DNA of 64,000 nucleotides from Candidatus Kerfeldbacteria bacterium RIFCSPLOWO2_02_FULL_42_19 (GCA_001818315.1 MHKF01000018.1:64325-128324), one strand, 5' to 3'; shown: positions 10,093 through 20,605, counted from the first letter of the stretch. Notes: generated by a model not told the origin, from the letters alone. Numbers and translations: made by a program.

Positions 10093-10617
10093 ATGCGTGT
10101 TTTGTTTTATATGGGTTTCTTTTTTGGGATATTGATGCTTGTGTTATTTCAAATTCATTTTCTTGATGGGTTTGAATCTCTTCGTTTTCGCATGAATTTT
10201 GTCCTCCTTCTTACCTTGTATAGCACGTTGGCTCTTTCGCTTTCAACTGGACTTAAAGTTTCGTTCCTTGCTGGAATATTGCTTGATGTCTTTTCGGCGT
10301 TACCTTTTGGTGTGTATACGATGGCTTTATGTGCAAGTAATGTATTCACATTTTTTCTGTTTCGTCGTTTCTTTGTGAACCGTTCTGTGCATTCACTGAG
10401 TATTTTGGTTACGTCTGGTACGATTTTTTTTCTCAGCATTTTTTTTACTACAGCTTGGTTTTTGCACATCATTGGATGGCATCAATTTTCATTCACGCTC
10501 GGAGAAATTTTTCCTCGTTTTGTTTGGCAGATCCCACTCCATACTCTTTTTGCTATTCTTATTTTTCTTATTTTAAGAACGTTTCGCAAGCAGTTTTTCT
10601 TCTCCGCTCATTTTTGA
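10093..10617 (+). CDS. mreD: Rod shape-determining protein MreD (polytopic membrane protein)
   Basis: 174 aa, ~5 TM helices, located between mreC and pbp2. Confidence 0.5.
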   Translation: MRVLFYMGFFFGILMLVLFQIHFLDGFESLRFRMNFVLLLTLYSTLALSLSTGLKVSFLAGILLDVFSALPFGVYTMALCASNVFTFFLFRRFFVNRSVHSLSILVTSGTIFFLSIFFTTAWFLHIIGWHQFSFTLGEIFPRFVWQIPLHTLFAILIFLILRTFRKQFFFSAHF

Positions 10618-10621
10618 ATAT

Positions 10622-12550
10622 ATGCGTTTACGTCACTTTTCTTTCTTTTTTGAACATTCGCGTGATGTACGTGATAATCGTTTGAATGATTATTCTCATC
10701 GGTATTTGATTGATGATCCGCTTGCCCCACACGCCACACATGCTCTTCGACCGCGAGAGCGATCTTTTGAAAGACGCACCCTTCTGATTCTATTGTTATT
10801 TTTTTTCCTCTCTTTTTCAGTGATTATTTTTCGAATGGTTTATTTGCAACTCTTCGCAGGTGATCACTTCCGTGCGTTGGCAGAAGGAAATAGAATTCGT
10901 GTGCAAACTCTTCAAGCATCTCGCGGTGTCATGTACGATCGTCGTGGCACTTTACTTGTGAATAATGTACCTGATTTTCGCATTGAAGTTGTACCAGGTG
11001 ATCTTTTGCGTGATCCTCGTGCACTGAATCAGCTTCAGACAATGCTCCAAGTAACATTCCCCTCTGCTTTACTAGAAATTGAAGCCTCTCTTACTGATTT
11101 TTCGCCGCATTCATTTGCGCCGAAAATTATTGTGGACCATATTCCTTACGATACGGCTTTGGATCTCATGTTGGCTACGAAAGATCTGCCTGGTGTTCAT
11201 ATTGTGACTTCATCAAGTCGTGCGTATCTTGGAACACCATCGCTTGCGCACGTTATTGGATATACCGGTAAAATTTCCAAGGAAGAACTTGCTTCACCTG
11301 AATACAGCGGTTATGAATTTATCGATTCTTTAGGTAAGACCGGTCTGGAATTTTCCTACGAGGAAGTTTTGCGCGGCATGCCTGGTAAAAAATTTGTTGA
11401 AGTTGATGCGCTCGGCAAAGAAAAAGTAGTTCTTGCCGAGAAGGTTTCAAAGCAGGGGAATAATCTTGTTCTTTCTCTTGATGCCGATATGCAGCAGTTT
11501 ATTACTGAGAGAGTGAATGTGTGGCTCTCTGAAAAAAAACTTGACGCCGCTTCAGTTGTCATCTTAGAACCGAAAAGTGGAAAAATTTTGAGTCTTGTGA
11601 GTGTGCCGTATTATGATAATAATGCTTTTCATCGCGGTGCACCGCAAGAAGTTTTGCAGGCAACACTAGCAGACGAACGTCGTCCATTGCTTTTTCGTGC
11701 TCTTCAGGGCACCTATCCTTCTGGTTCAACCTTTAAACCCTTTGTGGCTGCTGCGGCGCTTGCGGAAAACATTATTACTCCTTCGACTTCTATCTCAAGT
11801 ACAGGCGGTATTCGTATTGGCGTTTGGTTTTTTCCAGATTGGAAAGCCGGCGGACACGGTTCCACAAATGTTACAAAAGCTCTCGCTGAATCTGTGAATA
11901 CTTTTTTTTACATGATCGGCGGTGGGTATGAAGATTTTACTGGACTTGGCGTTGAACGTATTACACATTACGCGCGTTTATTTGGACTTGGCGATGTCAC
12001 TGGCGTTGATATTCCGGGAGAATCAAAAGGGTTTCTTCCTACAAAAGTTTGGAAAGAAGCTACGTACGGTGAACGTTGGTATGTCGGGGATACGTATCAT
12101 TATGCTATTGGTCAGGGTGATATTCTCGTTACACCTTTGCAAATGGCATTTGCGTATGCTGCCCTTGTGAATGGCGGCACGTTGTATCGTCCGTCCATTG
12201 TAGACCGAATCGTTGATGCGGAACGCAAAGACATTGAAGTTTTTGAGCCATTTGTAATTCGCAGTCACTTTATTCAACCAGAACTTATTGCAGTTGTAAA
12301 ATCTGGACTCCGTCAGGCTGTGCTTTCCGGCAGTGCTCGAAGTTTACAAAGTCTTCCGGTTGAAAGTGGAGGAAAGACTGGTACAGCACAATTCGGTAAT
12401 GCAGATAAAACGCACGCATGGTTCATTGGCTTTGCACCGTATGATGATCCGCAGCTCGTTGTAAGTATTCTTGTCGAAGCTGGTGGACAAGGAAATGATA
12501 CTGCTTTGCCTATTGCAAAAGAAATTTTAACTTGGTATTTTGCACGCTGA
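10622..12550 (+). CDS. mrdA: Penicillin-binding protein 2 (class B transpeptidase)
   Basis: N-terminal TM, STFKPF (SxxK), SxN and KTGT active-site motifs; synteny with mreBCD. Confidence 0.85.
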   Translation: MRLRHFSFFFEHSRDVRDNRLNDYSHRYLIDDPLAPHATHALRPRERSFERRTLLILLLFFFLSFSVIIFRMVYLQLFAGDHFRALAEGNRIRVQTLQASRGVMYDRRGTLLVNNVPDFRIEVVPGDLLRDPRALNQLQTMLQVTFPSALLEIEASLTDFSPHSFAPKIIVDHIPYDTALDLMLATKDLPGVHIVTSSSRAYLGTPSLAHVIGYTGKISKEELASPEYSGYEFIDSLGKTGLEFSYEEVLRGMPGKKFVEVDALGKEKVVLAEKVSKQGNNLVLSLDADMQQFITERVNVWLSEKKLDAASVVILEPKSGKILSLVSVPYYDNNAFHRGAPQEVLQATLADERRPLLFRALQGTYPSGSTFKPFVAAAALAENIITPSTSISSTGGIRIGVWFFPDWKAGGHGSTNVTKALAESVNTFFYMIGGGYEDFTGLGVERITHYARLFGLGDVTGVDIPGESKGFLPTKVWKEATYGERWYVGDTYHYAIGQGDILVTPLQMAFAYAALVNGGTLYRPSIVDRIVDAERKDIEVFEPFVIRSHFIQPELIAVVKSGLRQAVLSGSARSLQSLPVESGGKTGTAQFGNADKTHAWFIGFAPYDDPQLVVSILVEAGGQGNDTALPIAKEILTWYFAR

Positions 12551-12572
12551 TAGCCCTCATGGGCATGAGCGC

Positions 12573-12601
12573 TTGACAGTTTTTTTGTCAATGCGTAGAA
12601 T
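12573..12601 (+). promoter_or_regulatory. Sigma-70 consensus promoter upstream of greA
   Basis: TTGACA (12573-12578), 17-nt spacer, TAGAAT (12596-12601), ~65 nt upstream of the greA ATG; preceded by a short hairpin ctcatgggcatgag that may terminate pbp2. Confidence 0.5.
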
Positions 12602-12665
12602 GTATAAATACTTTACACATCTAAATGGATTCTCAGGTCCATTTTTATTCGTATCATTGTAGTTT

Positions 12666-13133
12666 ATGATTTCGGAAAAAAAATTTATCACCAAGGAAGG
12701 TTTGAAGAAATTGCAAGCCGAGCTTGAAGATTTGAAGACCGTAAAACGTAAAGAGGTTGCCCAGCGTATTAAGGAAGCGAAGGAACTCGGCGATCTTTCT
12801 GAAAACGCAGAATATTCATCGGCAAAAGAAGAACAAAGTTTTATTGACGGTCGTATTCTTGAGTTAGAGGAACTTTTGCGATCTGTTGTTATTATAAAAA
12901 AGAAAATTTTTGGTGGCAAAATCACTATTGGTTCGACGGTCAAATTAAAAACCAATGATGGAACAATAGTCACCTATACTATTTCCGGTTCCAATGAAGC
13001 CGATCCATCCAAAGGTTTTATTTCCAACGAATCGCCGATTGGTCAATCACTGCTTACGAAAAAAATCGGCGATACTATTTCCGTGCAAGCGCCCCGTGGC
13101 ACGGTGACATTTGAAATTATCGAAATTCAGTAG
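12666..13133 (+). CDS. greA: Transcription elongation factor GreA
   Basis: ITKEGLKKLQAELEDLKTVKRKEVAQRIKEAKELGDLSENAEY - GreA/GreB coiled-coil plus FKBP-like C-domain. Confidence 0.9.
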   Translation: MISEKKFITKEGLKKLQAELEDLKTVKRKEVAQRIKEAKELGDLSENAEYSSAKEEQSFIDGRILELEELLRSVVIIKKKIFGGKITIGSTVKLKTNDGTIVTYTISGSNEADPSKGFISNESPIGQSLLTKKIGDTISVQAPRGTVTFEIIEIQ

Positions 13134-13222
13134 AACCTCATTTTTTATTTTCCAGCAAAAATTTGTTACGCAACAAGCCTTTTTTATTTGAAATACAGCA
13201 AAGTTTGTGATACACTTTTTTT

Positions 13223-14710
13223 ATGAAACAGAAAAAAGCTATCACATCAAGTGAACGTCCAGAGCGAGAGATTCGTCTTGAAAAACTCCAAGCGTTACGT
13301 GCGCAACACCTTGAGCCCTATCCGGCTCGTGTACGTCGCGATCTCACCCTCGCGGCTGTCGAAAAGGATTTTTTGAATCTTGATGGAAAGAAATTTTTTG
13401 TTGTTGGACGCGTTCGTTCATTGCGGCGTCACGGAAAAATCATATTTCTTCACATTGAAGATGGTACCGGAAAAATGCAACTCGTACTTCAGTTCAATGT
13501 ACTTGGCCAGCACGTCTATCGCACACTGGAAAATTTTTTGGATATCGGCGACTTTCTCGAAGTTTACGGCAACCCTTATGTGACGAAAAAAAACGAACAT
13601 TCTCTGCTCGTGCATTCTTTGCGTATTATTGCAAAAGCACTCCGACCGATTCCTGATACGTGGTACGGCTTGAAAGATGATGAGGAACGTTATCGTAGGC
13701 GTTACTTGGATATACTTGTGAATCCGGATGTCGCTGAGATAATTGTGAAGCGCTCAAAGTTTTGGAAGAGTATCAGAGATTTTATGTTCGCAGAAGGTTT
13801 TATGGAAGTTGAAACTCCAGTTTTGGAAAATACTACCGGAGGTGCTGATGCAGTACCTTTTGCTACGCATCATAATAGTCTTAACATTGATGTTTATCTG
13901 CGTATTTCGGCGGGTGAACTTTGGCAAAAGCGTCTTATGGTTGCCGGCTTTGAAAAAACTTTCGAAATTGGACGAATTTTTCGTAACGAAGGTATGAGCG
14001 CCGAACACTTGCAGGATTATACTCAACTTGAATTCTATTGGGCGTACGCTGACTATGGAAAAGGCATGGAATTCGTCGAAAGGTTATACAAACATGTAGC
14101 ACGTGAAACATTTGGAACTTTGCAATTTCATATTCGTGATTTTGATGTTGATCTTGGAAAGGCGTGGCCCCGATACGATTTTCGTGAAACCCTGATCGAA
14201 CACACCGGTGTTGATGTTTTGAAAACTTCTTTGTCTGCTGTTTTACAAAAATTACAGGCTCGCAATATTCAATGTGAGGATTCGCTGACACTGCCCCGAG
14301 CACTTGACCAACTTTGGAAATCAGTTCGTAAGAGTATTGCCGGACCGGGGTTCGTTATTCATCATCCTGTTTTTTTATCTCCGCTCGCCAAACGCACGGA
14401 GCACAATCCAGAGCTTGTAGAACGTTTTCAGTCGATTATAGCAGGTACGGAAATAGGTAATGGGTATACGGAATTGAATAATCCGATAGATCAGGCTGAA
14501 CGTTTTCAAGAGCAGGCTGCTCTGCGAGCGCAAGGAGATCTCGAAGCTCAGATGCCCGACTATGATTTTGTTGAAGCACTTGAATACGGCATGCCGCCGA
14601 CGTGCGGCTTCGGTGTTTCTGAACGTTTATTTGCATTTCTGATGAATCGATCAGTTCGTGAATGTGTCTTATTTCCGCTCCTGCGTCCAAAGGTAAAAAA
14701 AGTTTTATAA
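13223..14710 (+). CDS. lysS: Lysyl-tRNA synthetase (class II)
   Basis: N-terminal OB anticodon-binding (VVGRVRSLRRHGKIIFLHIEDGTG), class II motifs incl. FRNEG. Confidence 0.9.
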   Translation: MKQKKAITSSERPEREIRLEKLQALRAQHLEPYPARVRRDLTLAAVEKDFLNLDGKKFFVVGRVRSLRRHGKIIFLHIEDGTGKMQLVLQFNVLGQHVYRTLENFLDIGDFLEVYGNPYVTKKNEHSLLVHSLRIIAKALRPIPDTWYGLKDDEERYRRRYLDILVNPDVAEIIVKRSKFWKSIRDFMFAEGFMEVETPVLENTTGGADAVPFATHHNSLNIDVYLRISAGELWQKRLMVAGFEKTFEIGRIFRNEGMSAEHLQDYTQLEFYWAYADYGKGMEFVERLYKHVARETFGTLQFHIRDFDVDLGKAWPRYDFRETLIEHTGVDVLKTSLSAVLQKLQARNIQCEDSLTLPRALDQLWKSVRKSIAGPGFVIHHPVFLSPLAKRTEHNPELVERFQSIIAGTEIGNGYTELNNPIDQAERFQEQAALRAQGDLEAQMPDYDFVEALEYGMPPTCGFGVSERLFAFLMNRSVRECVLFPLLRPKVKKVL

Positions 14711-14722
14711 ACGCTTTTCTTT

Positions 14723-16000
14723 ATGCTCGATATCGAATACATCCGTCAATATAGTGCGCTTGTCCGCGACGCTGTTCGAAAAAAGGGTTTTCAGGTTGAT
14801 ATCGATAGACTTCTCGCTCTCGATGCACAACGTCGTGAACTTTTGCAGAAAATTGAAAAATTGCGTCATGAACAAAAAGAGGGGAGTAAAGTTATTACAA
14901 GCGTACCATCTCAAGAGCGAGCCGAGACGATTCGTTTTATGAAAAAAATTGATGATCGTATTTCAACGTTTGCAACGAAATTAAAGCCACTACTTGCAGA
15001 ATACGACGCACTTCTTTTACAGGTTCCAAATATTCCGGCGAAGGAAGTGCCAGAGGGTCATTCCAGTGAGCAGAACGTCATGTTGCGAACTGTTGGTCAA
15101 CCGCCACGTTTTTCTTTTGAGTTTTTGGATCATGTGAAGCTTGGGGAGTATTTGGATATTATTGATGTGGAACGTGGAGTAAAACTCACCGGGAATAGGG
15201 GATACATTTTAAAAAATGACGCTGTTCGATTGGAGCAGGCGCTGCTTGTGTATGCATTGGATTTTATTGCACAGCGCGGCTTTACGATTTTTACGCCGCC
15301 GTATATGGCACAGGAGCGTTTTTTCTTTGGCACAGGCTATTTTCCTTGGGCCAAGACAGAGACCTTTCAAGTATCTGATGGAAAAAAATTTCAGCACCTG
15401 ATAGGTTCGGCTGAAGTGCCGCTCACAGCGTATCATGCGGGTGAAGTGCTTGCAATAAAAGAATTGCCGAAATATTATGCTGCTTCAACTCCGTGTTTTC
15501 GTACAGAAGTTGGAAGTTATGGAAAAGATACAAAGGGTTTATTTCGACTCCGACAGTTTCATAAAGTTGAACAGGTGATTCTATGTGAAAATAGTGAAGA
15601 AGTTTCAGTTCATATGTTTCATTTCTTACTTAAAAACGCCGAAGAATTTTTGCAATCACTCGAATTACCTTATCGAGTTATGCGATTGTGTGCCGGTGAA
15701 ATCGGTGCTGGTCAGATCGAAAAATATGACATTGAGACATGGATGCCATCGCGTAATGCGTACGGTGAGACGCACTCATGTTCCCGTTTTCATGATTTTC
15801 AAACGCGACGATTACATATTCGATACAAAGATTCTGACGGTAAACTTCGTTTCGCGCACTCACTCAATAATACTTTAATCGCAAGTCCTCGCATTCTTAT
15901 TGCTTTTTTAGAAGTTCATCAGCAGGAAGATCGTACCGTCCGTATTCCGAAGGCACTTCAGCCGTATATGCACGGAAAAGAATATATCGGTAAGTTATAG
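14723..16000 (+). CDS. serS: Seryl-tRNA synthetase
   Basis: N-terminal coiled-coil arm (LDAQRRELLQKIEKLRHEQKE), class II catalytic core. Confidence 0.9.
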   Translation: MLDIEYIRQYSALVRDAVRKKGFQVDIDRLLALDAQRRELLQKIEKLRHEQKEGSKVITSVPSQERAETIRFMKKIDDRISTFATKLKPLLAEYDALLLQVPNIPAKEVPEGHSSEQNVMLRTVGQPPRFSFEFLDHVKLGEYLDIIDVERGVKLTGNRGYILKNDAVRLEQALLVYALDFIAQRGFTIFTPPYMAQERFFFGTGYFPWAKTETFQVSDGKKFQHLIGSAEVPLTAYHAGEVLAIKELPKYYAASTPCFRTEVGSYGKDTKGLFRLRQFHKVEQVILCENSEEVSVHMFHFLLKNAEEFLQSLELPYRVMRLCAGEIGAGQIEKYDIETWMPSRNAYGETHSCSRFHDFQTRRLHIRYKDSDGKLRFAHSLNNTLIASPRILIAFLEVHQQEDRTVRIPKALQPYMHGKEYIGKL

Positions 16001-16047
16001 ACTGAGAGTTTGGTGAATAATGCTTTTTCGGAAACGGCGTTCCCGAC

Positions 16048-17073
16048 GTGTCGGGACGTCTGCGTCCAACTTCACACATGCACAAATATTTTGCCTTTAC
16101 GAAAAACGCTTATGTATCCGCAGGAGAATATCTGCGCCTTTTTTGGTATACGCGACCGCAATGGTATGAAAGTGTATATCAAGTTGTGTTGCGGAATCCG
16201 TATGCGCAGGTCGCGTCCTTTACACTGATTGTGCCACTTCCTGTGCAATACGCGATGCAGCATGTTTTTGATATTACTTTGCTTCCACGGAATGCACGGG
16301 TTGGTGTTGATATGACATATGGAAATCATTATGCGTATTGGCGTGCGTCTCTTCCGCCAAAAGAATTTTCTACTTTTCAACTGAGTTTTAAAATCAAAAA
16401 ATTACCTCATTTTTTTCTATGGTGGCATCATCGTTATGAGATTCAAGATTATGAAGGTATGGCGGCATCGCATCCATCATTCGATTCAAATAGTTTTATG
16501 CAACCAAAACATCCGCGCATTCAACACATCATACGTACTTTACCAAAATATGCTTCTGTATCAAAACAACTTTTCACCCTCGAGCGCTATCTGGTGGAAT
16601 ATTTTACATATGGGACGTCGATCAAGGGATTGTACACATTGGACGAAGCATTTGCGAGTAAGACAATTGATTGCGGCGGGTTCAACGTTATTTTTATTTC
16701 ACTTTGTTTGGCGCTCGGTATACCGGCGCGGCTTGTTGTAGGATTTTGGGCCGGATATCCCGCAAGTTCTTTCGATGAATCTATGCATGCATGGGTTGAA
16801 GTTTTATTGCCGAACGGTCAGATTGTTTCCGTTGACCCCTCGGTTACGTATTTGCGTAAGCATTATAGAAGTTGGAAACTCGGGCGTCTTGGGTATATTG
16901 GAAGTGATCGCATTGCATTTTCATTTGGATGTGATATAGCTCTTCGAATTGATAATGAAATAGTTCGTGTGCCTTTACTTCAGCATCCTTTCCTCGTGCA
17001 GAAGAAAAAATCCCTGCGTCTTACAGTGCAGACACAATGGCATGCGAAACGTATTCAACAGAAATATGTTTGA
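16048..17073 (+). CDS. Transglutaminase-like cysteine protease superfamily protein
   Basis: IDCGGFNVIFISLCLALGIPARLV (Cys), ..HAWVEV (His), ..D catalytic triad spacing typical of transglutaminase-like domains. Confidence 0.55.
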   Translation: MSGRLRPTSHMHKYFAFTKNAYVSAGEYLRLFWYTRPQWYESVYQVVLRNPYAQVASFTLIVPLPVQYAMQHVFDITLLPRNARVGVDMTYGNHYAYWRASLPPKEFSTFQLSFKIKKLPHFFLWWHHRYEIQDYEGMAASHPSFDSNSFMQPKHPRIQHIIRTLPKYASVSKQLFTLERYLVEYFTYGTSIKGLYTLDEAFASKTIDCGGFNVIFISLCLALGIPARLVVGFWAGYPASSFDESMHAWVEVLLPNGQIVSVDPSVTYLRKHYRSWKLGRLGYIGSDRIAFSFGCDIALRIDNEIVRVPLLQHPFLVQKKKSLRLTVQTQWHAKRIQQKYV

Positions 17074-18334
17074 ACCCTTAGTTACATCTTCACTCTCATC
17101 TCAATTCGAATCTGATGATTTTGATGTATTGCGTCATGTTTTGTTTCATCCACGTTTATGGTCTACTGGTCGCGAAGTAGCGGCTTTAGAAGAAGAGATT
17201 GCGTCGTATATTGGCATGCCTCGTGCATTTGCATTTTTTAGCGGTAGGGGAGCGTTGTATGCTATTCTTTCCGCCTTGCATCTTCCACCCGATGCCGAAG
17301 TATTGGTGCCGGGGTTTACTTGCATTGCGGCGGTCGCACCTGTACTTTGGGTTGGCGCTCAACCTGTATATGTTGATATTGATGAGAGGACTTTGAATAT
17401 GTCACCGGTGGATTTAGCTCGCAAGATTACTCAGAAAAGTCGTGTCGTGATTGTGCAACATACCTTTGGCTTGGCGTGCGAGCTTGAGAGCTTACTTGCT
17501 TTTGCGCGACGTCATAATCTTTTTATCATTGAAGATTGTGCTCATGCACTTGGTACCGAATATGCAGGTAAAAAAGTTGGAAGTTTCGGTGACGCAAGTT
17601 TTCTGAGTTTTGGTCGGGATAAAGTTATTTCTGGTATATTTGGGGGCATGGCATTGATGCGTGACAGAGTCTATTCTGATCGAATGACACACTTCTCTTC
17701 GCAACTTATTTTTCCACCGCGACGTTTGCTTTTTAAAATTTTATTGCAGCCTTTTCTGACTTCGCTTGCACGGCGACGCTATCATATTTTTTCTTCAGGA
17801 AAAATTTTTTTGAAAACTCTCAAAACCCTCAGGTTTTTAAATTTTGCAGTCGAGAAAATCGAAAAACGTGGCGGTCGACCTTCTTTTCTTTCATTTCGTC
17901 TTCCGAACGCATTGGCGATAATTGTTCGACATCAATTTTCTAAATTAGATGATTTACAGACACATCGCACTTGGGTTGCAGGTCGTTTTCAGAAAACGTT
18001 TACCGCTTTTGGACAGGAGAATATGCCGATGAATGTTTCGTCTGATGGCAAAGGGAATCATATTTTTCTTCGTTGGGTATTGAGGCATCCCACGGCGACG
18101 CATGTATTACGTCGCGCCGAGCAACATAATGTTTTCATTGGAGATTGGCATGGCAGTCCGCTTGTTCCATCGGGTGTTTCTTATACTGCATTTCATTTCA
18201 ATCCCGCTACATGCCCCATTGCCTGTCGCGCCGCAAAAGAAATCATTCCATTCCCGACACATCCGCAGATTGGCGAAAAGGAAATCGAACGTCTTGCTTG
18301 TCTTTTTAAGAACTATGCGTTTCCCGCGAAATAA
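17066..18334 (+). CDS. DegT/DnrJ/EryC1/StrS family PLP-dependent sugar aminotransferase
   Basis: WSTGREV.ALEEEIASYIG...AFFSGRGALYAIL...FIIEDCAHALGTEY.GKKVGSFGDASFLSFGRDKVISG (PLP-lysine region). Track start 16967 overlaps upstream gene; ATG 17066 or 17042 more likely. Confidence 0.75.
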   Translation: MFEPLVTSSLSSQFESDDFDVLRHVLFHPRLWSTGREVAALEEEIASYIGMPRAFAFFSGRGALYAILSALHLPPDAEVLVPGFTCIAAVAPVLWVGAQPVYVDIDERTLNMSPVDLARKITQKSRVVIVQHTFGLACELESLLAFARRHNLFIIEDCAHALGTEYAGKKVGSFGDASFLSFGRDKVISGIFGGMALMRDRVYSDRMTHFSSQLIFPPRRLLFKILLQPFLTSLARRRYHIFSSGKIFLKTLKTLRFLNFAVEKIEKRGGRPSFLSFRLPNALAIIVRHQFSKLDDLQTHRTWVAGRFQKTFTAFGQENMPMNVSSDGKGNHIFLRWVLRHPTATHVLRRAEQHNVFIGDWHGSPLVPSGVSYTAFHFNPATCPIACRAAKEIIPFPTHPQIGEKEIERLACLFKNYAFPAK

Positions 18335-18341
18335 ATATACT

Positions 18342-19358
18342 ATGATTCAGATTCGTGAAATTGATAAAAAATTATGGAATTCGTACGCAGTGAGTGAACG
18401 TTTTCATACTTTTTTGCATTCCTGGAATTGGGGGGAATTTCAAAAGTCGCTGGGGCATGTCGTTCGCAGACTTGGTATTTTTGAAGATTCGCATCTTCTT
18501 GGAATAGCGCTTATTGTGACCGTTCGTGCAAGACGCGGTACTTTTTTGTTCTGTCCCCACGGTCCATTCTTGGATATTGAGCGGCGTGATGCTTATGAAG
18601 CTCTCCTTTCTTTTTTACGCGGTGCTGCACAATTGGATAAAGCGAGTTTCATACGCTTGAGTCCCATCACAAAATTATCTCAACAATCGCTTGATTTTTT
18701 TCGATTACTAGATTTTCGGCGTGCTCCTATGCATATGCATACCGATTTCAGTTGGATTTTGGATGTTCGTAATTCCGAAGACGCGTTGCTTCATGCGATG
18801 CGGAAAACAACGCGATATAGCATTCGTAAAGCGCAGAAAGAAGGGGTGCGCATTGTACAGAGTTGTGATCGCGCAGAGCTCTCGGCGTTTTATAAAGTAT
18901 ATGCGTTGACTGTCAAGCGACAACATTTTGTTCCGTTTTCCGAAGAGTATATTTCAAAAGAATTCGATGCCTTTCAGCAAGATGATCACATTCGTATTTT
19001 TCATGCTTATTATCGCGATCAGGTTCTTTCCTCGGCTATTGTTGTTTTCACTGCGAATTCTGGTTTCTATCATCACGGTGCTTCGACGCTTACCTTCCCA
19101 AAGATTCCAGCAGCTTATCTTCTGCAATGGGAAATTATCCGCACTTGTCGCATGCGAGGATATTCATGGTATAATTTTTGGGGTATTGCTCCGGAGAACA
19201 TCAAGCATCATCCTTGGGAAGGTACGACATTGTTTAAAAAAGGTTTTGGCGGTTTCTCAGAAGCGTATGTTCCTGCACAGGATTATGTTTTGGAACGAAA
19301 ATATTGGCTTAATTTCGCCATTGAATCTTTTCGGCGATGGAAACGGGGCTTTGATTGA
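18342..19358 (+). CDS. FemAB-family peptidyltransferase (peptidoglycan interpeptide bridge formation)
   Basis: MIQIREIDKKLWNSY..F.HSWNWGEFQKS N-terminus and ~340 aa length match FemX/FemAB (acyl-CoA N-acyltransferase fold). Track start 18102 is a 5' extension; ATG 18342 follows the upstream stop. Confidence 0.7.
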   Translation: MIQIREIDKKLWNSYAVSERFHTFLHSWNWGEFQKSLGHVVRRLGIFEDSHLLGIALIVTVRARRGTFLFCPHGPFLDIERRDAYEALLSFLRGAAQLDKASFIRLSPITKLSQQSLDFFRLLDFRRAPMHMHTDFSWILDVRNSEDALLHAMRKTTRYSIRKAQKEGVRIVQSCDRAELSAFYKVYALTVKRQHFVPFSEEYISKEFDAFQQDDHIRIFHAYYRDQVLSSAIVVFTANSGFYHHGASTLTFPKIPAAYLLQWEIIRTCRMRGYSWYNFWGIAPENIKHHPWEGTTLFKKGFGGFSEAYVPAQDYVLERKYWLNFAIESFRRWKRGFD

Positions 19359-19378
19359 ATTGAATCGAGCGTAAAAGT

Positions 19379-20605
19379 ATGTTACGAAAAATTTGGCTCC
19401 GCTTTCGCGGTTTTCCACAACGGAGTGTGCAGATTGCAGCGAGTGCGTCACAACCTCGTCATCAGTATTTTAATCCTTTCTTTCCAAAAGAACGACACGT
19501 CGTGATCCAACCTTCCCATCGGAATGATTTTGTTGTGTATATTGGGATAGCGATTGTATTTTTGTTATGTATTTTTATTGTTACGAACTATCTGCCGTAT
19601 TTTCGCATTACGAACGTGACGTACGATGGTTTTCATTTTCTCCAACGTTCCGAACTTGAAGAAATTGTACAGTCAACCCTATCGCAAAAACATTTTTTTC
19701 TTTTTCGCAACGATTCTTTTTTTACACTTAGAGAAGGGGAGATCGAACAGCGTGTCACTGAAACAATTTCCGATCGTTTTGCCTTACATTCGGTGACCGC
19801 AACAAAGATTTTTCCACGCTCTCTCCACATCCGTATCGAGGAACGAATTCCACGCTTCGTGTGGATTTCTAACAGTCTTTATTTTTATATTGACCCTACC
19901 GGAACAATCACCCAAGCTATTACACCGGAAGAAGTGAACCCGGATTTCCCTAAAATTTTTGACCAGAATAATATTCCTGTACAAGTAGGTTCGCGGGCTC
20001 TCTCACAGAAACTTTCAGAGTTAATACTTTCAATTTCCGAGGATTTTTTTCGTGCAACGAGTATTAGTATTGATCATCTTGCTCTGCCTTTGTTGGTTTG
20101 TAAGGAAGCAAAACTTATTGAGAATACAGTGCGTCTGCAAGATGATGTTTCACAAGAGCAGTATGAAACGCTTCGTGATATTCAAGAAAAAGTACAGACA
20201 GGCGAAATGAGTATTGAGGAAAGCTTAACGCTTCTTTCAGAGAAGGGTATGCCTTTTGAGGATTTTGCATCTATTATGGATTCATCAACCTCTCAAACTC
20301 AGCCGAAACCGTCGAATATAAATACTCAATCGCAAAATAACGCTACGGCGACGCAGTTTGATACTTCAAATACTCAGATTGTCTTCGAAGAGATATTGCA
20401 GCAGGCTGTCTGTAATCTTCCTGATGTTGCACATGATGTGTTTTTAAAAACACAGGAAGGTTGGGGGGTTTATTTTACTGATCTTCTGCCGCTCGAAGCA
20501 CAATTCACAAAACTCAAGGTAACATTGACTGAAAAATTTCCTTCAGCACCGCGTTCGTTGAAATATATTGATTTGCGTTATGGCGATAATGTTTATTTTC
20601 AGTAA
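19379..20605 (+). CDS. Cell division protein FtsQ/DivIB-like (TM + POTRA) with long C-terminal extension
   Basis: Single N-terminal TM (YIGIAIVFLLCIFIV) then POTRA-like segment ..FRITNVTYDGFHFLQRSELEEIV...IFPRSLHIRIEERIPRFVWISNSLYFYIDPTG. Confidence 0.5.
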   Translation: MLRKIWLRFRGFPQRSVQIAASASQPRHQYFNPFFPKERHVVIQPSHRNDFVVYIGIAIVFLLCIFIVTNYLPYFRITNVTYDGFHFLQRSELEEIVQSTLSQKHFFLFRNDSFFTLREGEIEQRVTETISDRFALHSVTATKIFPRSLHIRIEERIPRFVWISNSLYFYIDPTGTITQAITPEEVNPDFPKIFDQNNIPVQVGSRALSQKLSELILSISEDFFRATSISIDHLALPLLVCKEAKLIENTVRLQDDVSQEQYETLRDIQEKVQTGEMSIEESLTLLSEKGMPFEDFASIMDSSTSQTQPKPSNINTQSQNNATATQFDTSNTQIVFEEILQQAVCNLPDVAHDVFLKTQEGWGVYFTDLLPLEAQFTKLKVTLTEKFPSAPRSLKYIDLRYGDNVYFQ

